Positions 61,941 to 64,000 of a DNA stretch of 64,000 bases are shown piece after piece; position 1 is the first letter of the stretch; every line of letters begins with the position of its first letter. Position numbers and translations under genes: made by a program. Origin of the DNA: Vermamoeba vermiformis (Eukaryota); NCBI GenBank assembly GCA_045837725.1, contig JBEWZL010000282.1:434001-498000 (forward strand), in the 5' to 3' direction. The notes under the pieces are model-generated. The model did not search any database. It saw only the letters and a program-made list of their open reading frames with translations, and was not told where the DNA came from.

Positions 61941-62505
61941 GTCGATGAATAATCTGCTTGTTGACCGTAGCAGCAAATTGTTGAAATTGAAGTGGCCCAA
62001 TTGTTTGGCCACTTTTACGTCACAAAAGCACGTGGCAATTCACAACTCCTTTTGCTGCAACCAACCGCGAGATCAAAATATTTCCTGCAGAGAGTAACTG
62101 TTACAAAATTATATTAAGTGCTTCTCGCTTTTACTAGCAATTAAAATTCGCTAATTAATTTTCAAAGTAGATTTACCGCATAATAAAAAAAAAAATTGTT
62201 GCCACAAGAGATGCTGTTATCTTTTTTTTTTGCATTAATGCCTCTTTCATATTCCAAAGTACTTTTGTATAATGTCTATAGCTACGCACAGCGTCCTTCA
62301 GCTTCAAATATAAAATTATTTAATTACACACTGGACGATTCGAGGTATCATTCAATCATGTCTTATAGCCGTATGAAATGATAAGTAGGGCGACGGAGAA
62401 GTGATCGAAAGAAAGAACGAACTAAAACCGCCAAAAAACTTGGTTCCCGCCCAAAATTAATTTCACTTTTTTAATTTTCAGCAACGCGTCAACACAAACA
62501 ATCAA

Positions 62506-62619
62506 ATGTCATCGGCTCCAAAAAGAAAATATAGTACTAGCCTCGATGATAGTGTTCCCAAGGCCAAAAAAGCAAAGATAGACGAGGACAATAGGCAAAT
62601 CTGCGCTTCCCGCATTCAA
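62506..62619 (+). pseudogene. 5' fragment of a host gene (MSSAPKRKYSTSLDDSVPKAKKAKIDEDN...) interrupted by an LTR retrotransposon
   Basis: ATG in caaATG context, NLS-like peptide; the frame runs directly into the LTR TGTAATG at 62620. Confidence 0.5.
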
Positions 62620-64000
62620 TGTAATGATGTACTCATACAATAAACGTGAGAACGTCAGCGTGTCAGGTGCGTGGTTAAGCCACGGTAAATCCCGACTTAA
62701 CGGAAACCTGGCGGGTATAAAAACCCTGCCAATCTCTTTCCGTCCTGACCTTCTTCACACCCACTACGAGCACTACATTACATTGGTGCGCCTCGCCGGT
62801 GTTAGAAGTTTTATTTATTTACATAACGTTTTAAATACATCGCCTGATCTTCGCATCTACAATGAGCGAACTGACCTCCCCAGCGAGAAACACTCGCTCA
62901 CGCTCCGCTCAAGGTGGTAACACTCAACAAGAACCGCCCACACGTCAACAGGGCAAGAGTAAACGCAAGACACCAGTTTCCGAGCCAGATCCCCATGCTA
63001 CTGACAGCGGATCAACTGCAAACGGATCGTCCTCAGTGGCAACACCACCGTCAACGCCAACACGACAAGGAGACCCAAGCAACACTGCCCAAGGGAACCA
63101 AACGCGTGTCGAGGAAACGGCCACAATTCAGAATATTCCTAATTTGGAAAATTCCGCTGGTTCGCAGACCGCTGCGGGAGTGAGTTCACCTCCTCCCCAA
63201 GGGTCTCAAACTTCGTCTGGCACGTCTGTGGGGTCTTCTACTGATTCTGTTAACGTTACTAGTGTTCGTAATACTGGTGGCAGTAGCGTTAACCGATCAG
63301 CGGAACAATCAACCTCGGATCGGCAAGCTGGAACGACCCAAGGTGTTGTGATTCCCCAGTACCCCACGCCACCTAGTCATAACAATAGTCAAAACGACGA
63401 TATGAACAAGGCTTACGACCGCGCGCGTAGATCCGTTACCGAGAGATTTTCACGAGAGACAGCAGATCCTGAAGCGTGGCTCAATTTTATGAGATGGACT
63501 GCGTCTACTAACAAACTCGATCATGAGGCGCGGAAAAAGCTCATCTGGGAGTGTCTCTCCGAGAGCATCCAAAAGATCTACTCCGTCGCTCATGAGGTCC
63601 GTAAAAGCTCTTACGATAACATAGTCGAATGGTTCGAAGAGTCTTTCGTTGTTAAACGTAGTACTGTCGAAATCATGCGCAATATCGAAGAGTTGACTTG
63701 GGATCACGAGCACGTGCCCTTTTCGAGATTTTTGATTGACTTCGTTTCTGCCATGGGCCCGTTAGCGAATAATGACTTTCGTCAACGTATGTGGTTACTG
63801 CAAGGCAAACTGCCCGGTTACTTGGGTCAGATGTGCCAAGCGGAATTCTCACGATTTACGTGTTTTGCTGACATGACGTCTTGGGTAAATTCGCATGAAA
63901 ACTTCAAGTTATATGCAGCCCTGACGCCATTGAAGCCCGCTAACAACAATAATCAACCTGTTAATGCTGTGAGCGACACGTTGCAAAACGTGCAGACTGG
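62620..64000 (+). mobile_element. LTR retrotransposon (probably Ty3/gypsy-like), 5' portion: 163-bp LTR, PBS and gag
   Basis: LTR 62620-62782 bounded by TGTAATG...CATTACA, with internal AATAAA and TATAAAA. PBS TGGTGCGCCTCGCCGG at 62784-62799. Confidence 0.85.
62862..64000 (+). CDS. gag: Gag-like ORF, intronless, open to the window end (absent from the ORF track)
   Basis: MSELTSPARNTRS... is a S/T/P-rich N-terminus, followed by a capsid-like helical region (RFSRETADPEAWLNFM, YDNIVEWFEESF, LLQGKLPGYL). No stop codon before 64000. Confidence 0.75.
   Translation, partial: MSELTSPARNTRSRSAQGGNTQQEPPTRQQGKSKRKTPVSEPDPHATDSGSTANGSSSVATPPSTPTRQGDPSNTAQGNQTRVEETATIQNIPNLENSAGSQTAAGVSSPPPQGSQTSSGTSVGSSTDSVNVTSVRNTGGSSVNRSAEQSTSDRQAGTTQGVVIPQYPTPPSHNNSQNDDMNKAYDRARRSVTERFSRETADPEAWLNFMRWTASTNKLDHEARKKLIWECLSESIQKIYSVAHEVRKSSYDNIVEWFEESFVVKRSTVEIMRNIEELTWDHEHVPFSRFLIDFVSAMGPLANNDFRQRMWLLQGKLPGYLGQMCQAEFSRFTCFADMTSWVNSHENFKLYAALTPLKPANNNNQPVNAVSDTLQNVQT

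Overview
Intron-rich eukaryotic genomic DNA: short GT-AG introns of about 50-60 bp with CTAAC-type branch points, and tightly packed genes. The gene content suggests an amoebozoan-type protist (family-C GPCR, G8/comF-like protein, PI-PLC, giant-virus-type ankyrin protein); the organism is inferred, not identified. I joined exons by hand into about 23 gene models. The main ones are a PPTC7 phosphatase, an atypical Ras, an OpuAC-domain GPCR, SLX1, a YhfW-like FAD/Rieske oxidoreductase, a Crinkler-like NTPase/nuclease, a Myb-like + MT-A70 (AMT6/7/MTA9-type) fusion, a long SKP1-like protein, an unusual PLC, several F-box proteins, metE, a THUMP methyltransferase, a COG2085 oxidoreductase, a saposin-purple acid phosphatase, an intronless heme peroxidase, a PA-7TM gene and a G8 protein. 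Two mobile elements sit inside genes: a 2.7-kb CACTA-like element with a TT target-site duplication, and the 5' end of an LTR retrotransposon. The most interesting candidates are (1) the single spliced gene fusing a Myb/SANT-like domain to a 6mA-methyltransferase-complex subunit, (2) a 12-bp palindrome (TGACACGTGTCA) seen only in introns, (3) a duplicated ~260-bp structured non-coding element, and (4) several unusual domain fusions. All family calls come from remembered motifs, not from database searches.
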